This document shows positions 1 through 8,960 of a stretch of DNA of 64,000 nt, one piece after another. The stretch covers positions 9,164-73,163 of the forward strand of contig OZ245897.1 in the NCBI GenBank assembly GCA_965229675.1, written 5' to 3'. Source of the stretch: Alphaproteobacteria bacterium (GTDB taxonomy: Bacteria > Pseudomonadota > Alphaproteobacteria > CBDDJK01). Both the position numbers and the translations under genes were made by a program. The number at the start of each line of letters is the position of its first letter. The first letter of the stretch is position 1. The notes beneath the pieces are model-generated. The model had not been told where the DNA came from. It saw nothing but the letters and a program-made list of their open reading frames with translations, and searched no databases.

Positions 1-505
1 GGTAAGCCAATGGAATTATCTGTATCAGGGCCAAGCAACTCTCCATTTGGGGTGCATAACCAGCGCAAACCGAATGCCCATTCTTTGCCTTTAATGGTCT
101 CCTGTAACAATTGAATATGGTCAGGGTGATACCAATTATCATCATCAAGATAGGCTACATATTTACTATTTGCCAATAAAGTAAGAATAGGTCGAATAGC
201 ACCACCACCAGCAGCACCATAAAGCCCACCATTTGCTGAAAAAGTTGAATACCCAACATCCATAACCGTGACAGCAATATTATGCGGTCGTTTATCTATT
301 AGGGTTTTTAGCATTGCCTTATTTTGATAAAGGTCTTTATCAATGCCAATTAATATCTGTATTGTGCCATCAAAGCGTTGTGCATAGATGGATTCTATTG
401 CCTGTTTTAAGCTATCGCGTAACACCGATGGGATTACAACCGCAACGTCAAAGCCATCTTGGGAATTTGCAATGGTTGCTGGATAGGTCATTGAAAAATC
501 AGTCA
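1..505 (-). CDS. Glycosyltransferase family 2-like protein. This is the N-terminal part; the gene continues beyond the window start.
   Basis: The reverse-strand translation begins MAMTDFSMTYPATIANSQDGFDVAVVIPSVLRDSL...LDDDNWYHPDHIQLL. It shows a GT2-like fold signature and a DxD motif. An AGGAG precedes the ATG at 503-505. Confidence 0.45.
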
Positions 506-675
506 TAGCCATTCTCCTATCATAGGAGTCCTTTTGTTAAAAGCATGAATTTTCTATTTAAAACAAACCTTAAAATATTAACCAAATTCTTATATTTAGG
601 ATTGCCCGAATTTTATAAAACGCCTATCATTAACAACGACTATTTGCTCAACTGGTTTAGGAGGAAATTCCAATT

Positions 676-1830
676 ATGGACGAATTATTATCACAAGAAC
701 AACGACTGATTATTGAAACAGTAAGACGCTTTGTTGAAGAGGAAATTTATCCCCATGAAGCAGAAATTGATAAAACAGGCGTGGTGCCAACCGAACTTGC
801 AAATACAATCAAGCAAAAGACAATAGACCTTGGGTTTTATGCATGTAACTTCCCTGAATCACATGGCGGGGCAGGTTTGAACCACGTTGATTTTACACTG
901 GTTGAGCGTGAATTAGGACGCGGAAGCATGGCCTTAACTCATTTTTTTGGTCGTCCACAAAAAATTTTGATGGCTGCAAAAGGGGGGCAAATTGAACGCT
1001 TTCTTATGCCTGCCATTCGTGGGGAGAAAATGGACGCACTGGCCATGACCGAACCCGATGCGGGTTCAGATATTCGGACGATGAAAACCCGTGCTGTAAG
1101 AAAGGGTAAGGATTGGGTTTTGAACGGAACAAAACATTTTATTTCTGGGGCGGATCATGCAGATTTTATGATCGTTTTTGTTGCAACGGGCGAGCCTGAT
1201 GCACGTGGCAAAAGCCCCTTATCTTGCTTTATTGTCGAACGCGGGGTTAAAGGCTTTACCTGCCGTGAAGGCTATCAAAGTGTTAGCCATCGCGGCTATA
1301 AAAATATGATCTTGGAATTTAATGATTGCGTGTTAAGTGATGGGGAATTGCTGGGCAAAGCAGATGATGGACTTTCCTTATTGAATGATTGGCTGTTTGC
1401 AACCCGCTTGACCGTGGCAGCAATGGCGGTTGGGCGTGCGCGGCGCACATTGGATTATGCGCTGGATTATGCCGCAACCCGCAAGCAATTTGGCCAAACC
1501 ATCGACCGTTTTCAAGGGATTAGCTTTCAGCTTGCCGATTGTGTCACCGATATTGATGCGGCCGATAGCCTAACTTTGAATGCCGCACGTTTACTAGATC
1601 AAGGGGAGGATGCGAACCGCCATATCGCTTCTGCCAAATTGCTAGCAAGTGAAATGCTGGCACGCGTTACCGATACGGCTTTGCAAGTTCATGGTGGGAT
1701 GGGTTTAATGGCAGATTTGCCGCTTGAACGATTTTGGCGTGATGCACGGGTTGAACGAATTTGGGATGGCACATCGGAAATTCAACGCCATATCATCGCC
1801 CGTGAATTATTTCGTGATTATCATCGTTGA
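676..1830 (+). CDS. Acyl-CoA dehydrogenase (FAD-dependent)
   Basis: 384 aa with ACAD-family motifs throughout, including C-terminal GGMG...RFWRDARV...EIQR. A GGAGG Shine-Dalgarno sits at 657-663. Confidence 0.9.
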   Translation: MDELLSQEQRLIIETVRRFVEEEIYPHEAEIDKTGVVPTELANTIKQKTIDLGFYACNFPESHGGAGLNHVDFTLVERELGRGSMALTHFFGRPQKILMAAKGGQIERFLMPAIRGEKMDALAMTEPDAGSDIRTMKTRAVRKGKDWVLNGTKHFISGADHADFMIVFVATGEPDARGKSPLSCFIVERGVKGFTCREGYQSVSHRGYKNMILEFNDCVLSDGELLGKADDGLSLLNDWLFATRLTVAAMAVGRARRTLDYALDYAATRKQFGQTIDRFQGISFQLADCVTDIDAADSLTLNAARLLDQGEDANRHIASAKLLASEMLARVTDTALQVHGGMGLMADLPLERFWRDARVERIWDGTSEIQRHIIARELFRDYHR

Positions 1831-3858
1831 TTGACCATGTTTAATCGTGATTATGATTTATCGCGGTTAATGGCACCGCGTCATATTGCTGTGTTTGGAG
1901 GGGGCTGGGCGCATGAAGTTATAAAGCAATATAAACGTTCTGGCTATTCAGGAAAATTATGGCCTGTTCATCCCAACCATAAAAAGATTGAGGGCTATCC
2001 TGTTTTTGCAATGCTGGATGCCCTACCCGAACCGCCTGACCTTGTTTATTTGGCTGTTAATCGCCACACAACCTTAGCCTTAGTTCGTCAATTAAGCCAA
2101 ATGGGTGCAGGCGGTGTGATCTGTTTTGCTTCGGGCTTCAGTGAAACAGGCGCAGATGATTTACAAACCGAGTTAATAGAAGCCGCAGGTACCATGCCAG
2201 TTTTGGGGCCAAATTGTTATGGCTTTGTCAATTATTTAAGTGGGTTAACCTTATGGCCTGATCAGCATGGCGGGAAGCCTGTTGAAAATGGAGCCGCCAT
2301 TCTTTCCCAATCTTCTAATATCGCGATTAATTTAACCATGCAAACCCGCGGGTTACCCCTTGCCTTCATTGGTTGCCTTGGCAATCAGGCGCAAATTGCT
2401 TTGGAAGATTGGGGGGATTCCTTACTTGATCTCCCTGAAATTACTGCGCTTGGTTGCTATGTTGAAGGGATCAAATCCCCGCAAAAGATGACAATGCTAG
2501 CACAAAAAGCAGCACGTCTTAATAAACGGATTATTGTACTAAAATCAGGGCATAGCGTTGCTGGGCGCGAAGCTGCGGCAAGCCACACCGCCTCACTGGC
2601 AGGGGAAGGCGTTGTTTCATCAGCATTTTTCAAACAAGCAGGCATGATTGAAGCAGAATCGCTTAGTGAATTTTTAGAATTGCTAAAACTTGCGCATTTT
2701 TTTGGTGCAAATCAAATTGGCACGCAATTATGTTCGATCTCTTGTTCAGGTGGTGAAGCTGGGCTAATGGGGGATTTATTTGAAAAATTAAGGGTTAATG
2801 CGCCCAAGCCCTCTTTGGAAGTTAAAAGCACCCTTCAAGAACGTTTAGGGCCATTGGTTACAATCAATAATCCTTTTGATTACCACACCTTTATCTGGGG
2901 CAATGTCGATGAAATGCACGCAACCTTCACGACTTTCGTAAGCGATTATGATGTAGCTATTTATGTTGGCGATTTTCCCCGTTTAGATCGCTGTAATCGC
3001 ATTGATTACATGCCGCTGATTGACGCATTGGCAAGGACGGCTAACGATAGCAACAAACCCATTTTTTTAATTTCTAGCTTAGCTGAAACCTTGGACGAGC
3101 CGTTGATTGAAGCCTGCCTTAAGCAAAAAATTTTACCCTTAGGTGATATGGCAACGGGCGTTAAAGTAATTCAAAACTTTGTGAATGCACCATTGCCAGA
3201 AATTTGGCAGCCTTTAACAAATATTAAGGCAACAGACACACCAATGATGGTGAATGAATTTGAAGCCAAACAACAGATGGCAAAACGTGGGATTACAGTT
3301 CCAAACGCAATATCTGCACCAACATTGGATGCTTTAAAAGAAAAAATAAATCAAATTAAGTCGCCATTTGCGGTTAAAGCATTGGGGCTTGCCCATAAAA
3401 GCGATGTGGGCGGTGTTTGGTTAAATTGTCATAATTTGGATGCAATCAACCCGATTAAAGGGGCAACAGGCTATTTGGCAGAAAGCATGGTTGATGATTA
3501 TGCGGTTGAATTATTGGTTGGATTACGGCATGAACTACCGTTTGGAATCGCCCTAACCCTTGGCTATGGCGGGGTGATGACCGAAATTTTTAACGATACG
3601 CAAACACTTGTTTTGCCAGTTTCAGATGAAGCTATTAAAAAGGCGTTACAATGTTTGAATATCGCACCGCTTCTGTTGGGCTATCGTGGCAAACCACCAG
3701 TTGCAATCGATGACTTGGTTAAAAATATTCGCTTATTATGTGATTGGATCATCAATGATCCTAATTTGATAGAGCTTGAAGTTAATCCCTTTATGGTAAC
3801 CTCAACCGCCGCAATCGCAGTAGATGCCCTTATGAAAATAACAAAGGAGGAAATATAA
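1831..3858 (+). CDS. Acetate--CoA ligase (ADP-forming) family protein (CoA-binding and ATP-grasp domains). It may act as a gamma-butyrobetainyl-CoA synthetase-like enzyme.
   Basis: 675 aa. The N-terminal CoA-binding Rossmann region reads HIAVFGG...VHPN. A succinyl-CoA-synthetase-like central part and a C-terminal ATP-grasp follow. The gene starts immediately after the ACAD stop. Confidence 0.8.
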   Translation: MTMFNRDYDLSRLMAPRHIAVFGGGWAHEVIKQYKRSGYSGKLWPVHPNHKKIEGYPVFAMLDALPEPPDLVYLAVNRHTTLALVRQLSQMGAGGVICFASGFSETGADDLQTELIEAAGTMPVLGPNCYGFVNYLSGLTLWPDQHGGKPVENGAAILSQSSNIAINLTMQTRGLPLAFIGCLGNQAQIALEDWGDSLLDLPEITALGCYVEGIKSPQKMTMLAQKAARLNKRIIVLKSGHSVAGREAAASHTASLAGEGVVSSAFFKQAGMIEAESLSEFLELLKLAHFFGANQIGTQLCSISCSGGEAGLMGDLFEKLRVNAPKPSLEVKSTLQERLGPLVTINNPFDYHTFIWGNVDEMHATFTTFVSDYDVAIYVGDFPRLDRCNRIDYMPLIDALARTANDSNKPIFLISSLAETLDEPLIEACLKQKILPLGDMATGVKVIQNFVNAPLPEIWQPLTNIKATDTPMMVNEFEAKQQMAKRGITVPNAISAPTLDALKEKINQIKSPFAVKALGLAHKSDVGGVWLNCHNLDAINPIKGATGYLAESMVDDYAVELLVGLRHELPFGIALTLGYGGVMTEIFNDTQTLVLPVSDEAIKKALQCLNIAPLLLGYRGKPPVAIDDLVKNIRLLCDWIINDPNLIELEVNPFMVTSTAAIAVDALMKITKEEI

Positions 3859-3860
3859 AA

Positions 3861-4667
3861 ATGCCCAACCCCTTATTTGCACTTAATGAATCACCTGTAC
3901 GGACACAAATTGATGAACATATCTTGATTGTAACCCTTGACCGCCCAAAGGCGAATGCGATTGATCTTGTAACCTCGCGCTTAATGGGGCAGGTGTTTGA
4001 AGCTTTTCGTGACGAACAAAGCTTGCGGGTAGCAGTTATCACGGGTGGTGGCGATAAGTTTTTTTGTGCAGGTTGGGACTTAAAAGCTGCGGCTGATGGC
4101 GATGCTGTCGATGGCGATTATGGGGTGGGGGGCTTTGGTGGTCTTCAAGAATTGCCCTTTATGAATAAGCCAGTGATTGCAGCCGTCAATGGAATTTGTT
4201 GCGGTGGCGGTTTGGAACTTGCCTTATCCTGTGATTTAATTTTAGCGAGCGATACTGCAAGTTTTGCATTGCCTGAAATTCGTTCTGGTACGGTTGCTGA
4301 TGCCGCCAGTATCAAACTACCCAAACGCATTCCTTATCATGTTGCGATGGATTTATTGTTAACAGGGCGTTGGTTTGATGGGAAGGAAGCGCAAAGTTTG
4401 GGAATCATCAAACAGCTCTATCCGCAAGCCGAGCTTATGGGCGAAGCGATTGCGCTTGCAAAGCATATTGCTTCTGGTCCACCCTTGGTTATGGCGGCAA
4501 TTAAACAAATTGTTCGTGAAGCCGAAGATAAGAATTTTCAATCCATGATGAATCAAATTGGCAAACAGCAATTATCCACAGTCACCACCCTTTACCGTTC
4601 TGAAGATCAATTGGAAGGCGCGCGTGCCTTTGCTGAAAAACGCGATCCAGTATGGAAAGGAAAATAA
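3861..4667 (+). CDS. caiD: Enoyl-CoA hydratase of the crotonase family, CaiD-like (carnitinyl-CoA dehydratase / crotonobetainyl-CoA hydratase type)
   Basis: 268 aa with LDRPKANAID, FFCAGWDLKAAA and a C-terminal AFAEKRDPVWKG. These closely resemble E. coli CaiD as I remember it. Confidence 0.75.
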   Translation: MPNPLFALNESPVRTQIDEHILIVTLDRPKANAIDLVTSRLMGQVFEAFRDEQSLRVAVITGGGDKFFCAGWDLKAAADGDAVDGDYGVGGFGGLQELPFMNKPVIAAVNGICCGGGLELALSCDLILASDTASFALPEIRSGTVADAASIKLPKRIPYHVAMDLLLTGRWFDGKEAQSLGIIKQLYPQAELMGEAIALAKHIASGPPLVMAAIKQIVREAEDKNFQSMMNQIGKQQLSTVTTLYRSEDQLEGARAFAEKRDPVWKGK

Positions 4668-4766
4668 AAACACACTCTTGAAAAACAACAGCGCAATCCT
4701 AAATCTAATGGTATGAGGCGACCTGCCATAACGGAGGTTGCCTGTCATAAATAACCTATTGCTCAG

Positions 4767-5273
4767 ATGGAGGATAGTATTATGCGTAGTTTTGATTTAT
4801 CACCTTTATTTAGAAACAGTGTCGGCTTTGATCGGATGGCGCGAATGATTGATAGCATGGCCAACGAAACCCAAGCGACCTACCCCCCTTATAATATCGA
4901 AAAATTATCTGAACAGGATTATGCGATCACGATGGCGGTTGCAGGATTTTCCGAAGACGATTTGGATATTTCTGTTCATCAGAATATGCTATCCATCGCA
5001 GGAAATGTTAAGCATCATCAAGGCACGATGTCCGAGGATGAACCCCATGAAACAACCCGCACGTTCCTATATCGTGGTATTGCCGAGCGTAGCTTTGAAC
5101 GCCGCTTTAGCCTTGCCGATCATATCGAAGTTACAGGCGCACGTATGGAAAACGGCTTGCTTCATGTCTTGCTACATCATGAAGTGCCAGAAGCGGCAAA
5201 ACCACGCAAGGTTGAAATTGCTTCCAGCGCATCATCACCCAAAACCATTAAGGCAAAGGCAAAAGCCGTTTAA
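4767..5273 (+). CDS. Small heat-shock protein Hsp20/IbpA family
   Basis: It carries an alpha-crystallin domain (SFDLSPLFRNSVGFDRM...YNIEKLSEQDYAITMAVAGF). The start is probably the Met at 4782. Confidence 0.85.
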   Translation: MEDSIMRSFDLSPLFRNSVGFDRMARMIDSMANETQATYPPYNIEKLSEQDYAITMAVAGFSEDDLDISVHQNMLSIAGNVKHHQGTMSEDEPHETTRTFLYRGIAERSFERRFSLADHIEVTGARMENGLLHVLLHHEVPEAAKPRKVEIASSASSPKTIKAKAKAV

Positions 5274-5289
5274 TGATCTTTGATCAATT

Positions 5290-5321
5290 GGGGGTGTCGT
5301 CAATGCGGCACCCCCTTTTTT
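5290..5321 (+). terminator. Rho-independent terminator after hsp20
   Basis: Stem GGGGGTG / CACCCCC followed by TTTTTT. Confidence 0.7.
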
Positions 5322-5329
5322 ATATTGTA

Positions 5330-6247
5330 CTAACGATTAAATAAATAAAAGGCGATTGCGGTGGCGTCACTTTCGGTTAAGTGGGTTGTTACATGATCAA
5401 CAAATTCACCCATCGAACCACCAAATACATCACCATCAACCAAAATCCCTGTTTTAAGGGCAAAAATCAGATCATCTTCTGTCCAATCGCCATCAATCAA
5501 TGCTTGTTTAGACAGGCTTGGTATGCGTTCCCCATTTAAGCCAACGCCCCCTGCCAAATTTTCATTGGCTTTCGGTCTGCCAATCAGGTCAGGCGGGGTA
5601 TGGCAAGCCCCACAATGGCTAACTGCTTCGACCAGATATTGGCCACGCTTCCAAATTGATGAATGATCCGTTGCAACTTCAAGCGGAGGTGGGTTAAGTA
5701 TCCATTCCCTATGATATGATGTCAGGCTTTTCCAAATGCCTTGAAAAGCACGAATGGAAAAAGGAAATAGAATCCGATTAGGATCCGTTTCTTGTCGAAC
5801 AGGTTCGGAAGTTTGAATTGCCGCCCATAAATCAACAATATCTTGATCGTGCAAATGATAATAATGCAAATAGGGCAAAGCAGGAAAATAATGTTCCGAT
5901 TCAGGGGAAACACCAAAACGCAGGGCATTTGCAAATTCATCCAATGTCCAATTACCAATCCCATAATGCGGGTCAACGGTTATATTCGGCGTTACAAAAT
6001 TACCAAATTTTGTTTCAAGCACCACACCACCTGATAGGGGGGCTGATAAGGCGGCATTACCCCCTGATGGCGTATGACACCCCTCACATCCTGCAATTTT
6101 GAGTAAATATTCCCCATTATGCTTATTTGCTGAAAGGGCTGCTAATTCAGGAAAAACCTCTGGCTTTGGAGCCGTCAAAAACAACCAACCCGCGATAATC
6201 GCTATGGCGCTCACTATACCGCCAGCGATGATAATCCGAAATTGCAT
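5330..6247 (-). CDS. Dihaem c-type cytochrome, membrane-anchored
   Basis: It has two CxxCH motifs (CEGCH and CGACH) and an N-terminal transmembrane helix. Confidence 0.8.
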   Translation of the reverse strand: MQFRIIIAGGIVSAIAIIAGWLFLTAPKPEVFPELAALSANKHNGEYLLKIAGCEGCHTPSGGNAALSAPLSGGVVLETKFGNFVTPNITVDPHYGIGNWTLDEFANALRFGVSPESEHYFPALPYLHYYHLHDQDIVDLWAAIQTSEPVRQETDPNRILFPFSIRAFQGIWKSLTSYHREWILNPPPLEVATDHSSIWKRGQYLVEAVSHCGACHTPPDLIGRPKANENLAGGVGLNGERIPSLSKQALIDGDWTEDDLIFALKTGILVDGDVFGGSMGEFVDHVTTHLTESDATAIAFYLFNR

Positions 6248-6258
6248 CTTCCGAATGT

Positions 6259-6777
6259 TTATTTTTTAACACGAAATGGTTTATGGCAACTGCCACAAGA
6301 TTTAGCAATCAAGCTAAAAGCCGCATCAGGCGATAATTCACCCAATTTTTGTGGGTTAAGCCTATCTGCATCCTCCATCATCAGCAAATCCGCTTCGCCA
6401 TCACCACGTGGATTATTGGCGGCTAAGGCAAGCCCTTCGGCATAAATCCCAATTTCGGTTGCAAGCTTTGAAAAATGCTGCCAATCATTCCAAATATTTG
6501 GGGAAGATTCGCTATCACCAACAATTGAATCTTCGGGAAAATGTTGTAAGAAAACTTCCCCCGAATTATTACCAATGATATTTGCAGCATCAATAAGGCC
6601 ATCCGCGTTATACTCAGTCGCCCCCCGCATCATTTTGGCAAGCACGCGCATGGATTTACCATAAGATTTCATGATTTGTTGGCGGGCTTTCACCGCTTCT
6701 GACGCCGTATCTGCCTTTAATTGATTGGTTGCAAACAACAGGCAACAAATAGGAATTAAATATAAAAATTTGCGCAT
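6259..6777 (-). CDS. Cytochrome c' / class II cytochrome c
   Basis: It has a signal peptide, a helical bundle, and a single CxxCH (CGSCHKPF) at the extreme C-terminus. That placement is typical of class II cytochromes. Confidence 0.75.
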   Translation of the reverse strand: MRKFLYLIPICCLLFATNQLKADTASEAVKARQQIMKSYGKSMRVLAKMMRGATEYNADGLIDAANIIGNNSGEVFLQHFPEDSIVGDSESSPNIWNDWQHFSKLATEIGIYAEGLALAANNPRGDGEADLLMMEDADRLNPQKLGELSPDAAFSLIAKSCGSCHKPFRVKK

Positions 6778-6845
6778 AATCTGTCCTTTTTTGAATAAGT
6801 TATCTGAGCATAGATGATTATAGCGTAATGAATTGTAAACACCAT

Positions 6846-6894
6846 AAAAAAACGCCCCTGCGTCTTATAAGGGGAGGAGGAGTGACGCAGGGGC
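6846..6894 (-). terminator. Rho-independent terminator downstream of the phasin gene
   Basis: An 11-12 bp perfect stem CGCCCCTGCGTC / GACGCAGGGGC is followed by a T7 run on the minus strand. Confidence 0.75.
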
Positions 6895-6965
6895 TAATCC
6901 CAACGGTTTATAGGAGGAGGTTGGGATGTTCTTATCTATTGTTGCTAAATAATTATAGCCACACC

Positions 6966-7472
6966 TTAAGCATTAAAATTTGTGCTAGGAAAATCGCGGA
7001 CTAATTTTGCAGAAAAATAAATATTCTTGATGAATTGATTGGCCAATACCATACCCGCTTCATGGCTAGAACGCATGGCAATATTGGAATATTCATTGCT
7101 GTCTTCAACGAATTTTTCTAATTTTTGCGCACCTTCTTCAATTTCTTCAGCTAACAGATTTTCTGGTGTTTGCCGTTCATTTAACTGTTGTTTCGATTGA
7201 TCAATATTGCGTTGCACATCTGATATGACTTCCTGCGCAAGATTAGAATGCCGCGTCAACATAGCACATGTTGCTTCAATCATTACCCCTTGCGCATCAC
7301 GAATGGCCTGCATTGTTTCGCTTTGAACATCAAGCAGATCACGATAGGAACTAAAATCTGTGAATTTGTCTATCTCTCCATTTAAAAAGACGTTTTGTGA
7401 TTTGCCAGAGAGCAAATCAGCCATCAATGTCATCGCTGGCATTTCGTAAAATGGGTTCTGCATAGTCATCAT
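6966..7472 (-). CDS. Phasin family protein (PHA granule-associated)
   Basis: 168 aa, helical and Q/E-rich. Its composition and size are typical of alphaproteobacterial phasins. Confidence 0.55.
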   Translation of the reverse strand: MMTMQNPFYEMPAMTLMADLLSGKSQNVFLNGEIDKFTDFSSYRDLLDVQSETMQAIRDAQGVMIEATCAMLTRHSNLAQEVISDVQRNIDQSKQQLNERQTPENLLAEEIEEGAQKLEKFVEDSNEYSNIAMRSSHEAGMVLANQFIKNIYFSAKLVRDFPSTNFNA

Positions 7473-7565
7473 AAGCTTAATCCTTATGGGTCGTAATGAT
7501 AAGAATCTTTAATTTGATTATTGCTTAGCACAGTTTTTGTTGCATTGCAACAAAAATATTAATGG

Positions 7566-8960
7566 CTATTTTTGTTTTTGATGATAAGGATTGGATGCAC
7601 TTCTTAGGAGCAACCGAATAGGCACCCCAGGTAAGTTGAAATCTTGACGCAGGCGATTAACAAGATAGCGTTGCCAATGATCGGGTAATAAATCAACACG
7701 CGTACCAAATAGTGCAAAGGTTGGTGGGCGCGTTTTAATTTGAGAGAGATAGCGGGGTTTAGGACGCCTTCCTTGCAAAGCTGGCGGTGGATGGCGCATA
7801 ATCATATCTTGCAGCCAATTATTTAATTTTGCGGTTGGTAAGCGGCTATTCCATAATTCACGTTGCGAAAAGGCTGTTTTAATAAGGGGTGGAAGCCCTT
7901 TATCAAATTCAGCTGAAATTGCCATCACAGGCACATCGCGCGCTTGCGGTAATGAATGCGCCAATCGATCTTGCACCGCACCAATTAACTTGGCACGATC
8001 TTCAACCAAATCACTTTTATTAACAGCAAGCATGAGCGCACGCCCTTCTTCAATCACCTGTCCTGCAATTTGTAAATCTTGCTTTTCAATTCCTTCTTCA
8101 GCAGAAAGGACAAGAATCACCAATTCCGCAAGTTCAATCGCTTGTCTGGTACTATTGATTGAAGCGCGTTCCAGCGCATCCACCACTTTTGACCGCCGCC
8201 TTAATCCAGCCGTATCAACAACCCGCAATGCTTGCCCTTGATAGCTAACATCAACATAAATTGCATCGCGCGTAAGCCCCGCCATTGCGCCTGTTAAAAC
8301 ACGATCATCCCCTGCCAGTCGATTAACCAGCGTTGATTTACCAACATTAGGCCGTCCAACAATGGCTAATTTCAAGGGTTCTGATTGTGCTTGTTCTGCC
8401 TCAATCTCATGCTCAACTTCATGAGGCAAAGTGGCTGCCATTTTGATTTCAATCAAGGGGCGAAGGGCGTCATAAAGCTCAATCATGCCATCGCCATGCT
8501 CGGCAGAAATTGGGATGGGATCTCCTAACCCTAATTGGTAAGCATCCATCGCGCGAAGATGCGCCTCTCTCCCCTCGCTTTTATTGACGATGATACAAAC
8601 GGGTTTGCCAGTTTGCCGAAGCATTTCAGCAATATCGCGCTCCATAGGATGAACGCCAGCCCGCCCATCAATTACAAATAATAAAATATCTGCTTCAGGC
8701 AAGGTTGCAAGCGCACGCGCATTCATCAAATCGGTTAATGATCCAGCATCCGTTTTTTCTTTTTGTTTGGGGCTATAGCCAGCCGTATCCAGCACGGTAA
8801 ATTCAAGATCACCTAGTGAGGCTGGAGCCTGCCGCCAATCGCGTGTGACCCCAGGCTGGTCGTGAACAATCGCTAGCCGTTTGCCAACCAATCGATTAAA
8901 TAGGGTGGATTTTCCAACATTTGGCCGACCAATAAGGGCAAGCTTAGGCTGCCTTAGCAT
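7566..8960 (-). CDS. der: Ribosome-biogenesis GTPase Der (EngA)
   Basis: It has two tandem GTPase domains (GRPNVGKSTL appears twice) and a KH-like C-terminus. The start is probably MLRQPKLALIGRPNVGKST. The upstream part of the ORF overlaps carA and is unlikely to be coding. Confidence 0.9.
   Translation of the reverse strand: MLRQPKLALIGRPNVGKSTLFNRLVGKRLAIVHDQPGVTRDWRQAPASLGDLEFTVLDTAGYSPKQKEKTDAGSLTDLMNARALATLPEADILLFVIDGRAGVHPMERDIAEMLRQTGKPVCIIVNKSEGREAHLRAMDAYQLGLGDPIPISAEHGDGMIELYDALRPLIEIKMAATLPHEVEHEIEAEQAQSEPLKLAIVGRPNVGKSTLVNRLAGDDRVLTGAMAGLTRDAIYVDVSYQGQALRVVDTAGLRRRSKVVDALERASINSTRQAIELAELVILVLSAEEGIEKQDLQIAGQVIEEGRALMLAVNKSDLVEDRAKLIGAVQDRLAHSLPQARDVPVMAISAEFDKGLPPLIKTAFSQRELWNSRLPTAKLNNWLQDMIMRHPPPALQGRRPKPRYLSQIKTRPPTFALFGTRVDLLPDHWQRYLVNRLRQDFNLPGVPIRLLLRSASNPYHQKQK

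Noticed and set aside
314-508. 64-aa plus-strand ORF at the window start
   Set aside because: It lies entirely antisense to a well-supported GT2-like gene on the minus strand (start at 503-505 with a Shine-Dalgarno) and has no protein-like features.
4849-5283. 144-aa ORF overlapping hsp20 in another frame
   Set aside because: It is the alternative frame of the Hsp20 gene. The Hsp20 frame has clear alpha-crystallin homology and this frame has none.
7990-8241. 83-aa and similar short ORFs antisense within der, carA, ilvD, accC and other housekeeping genes
   Set aside because: They are contained in strongly supported long genes on the opposite strand or in another frame. No independent evidence supports them.
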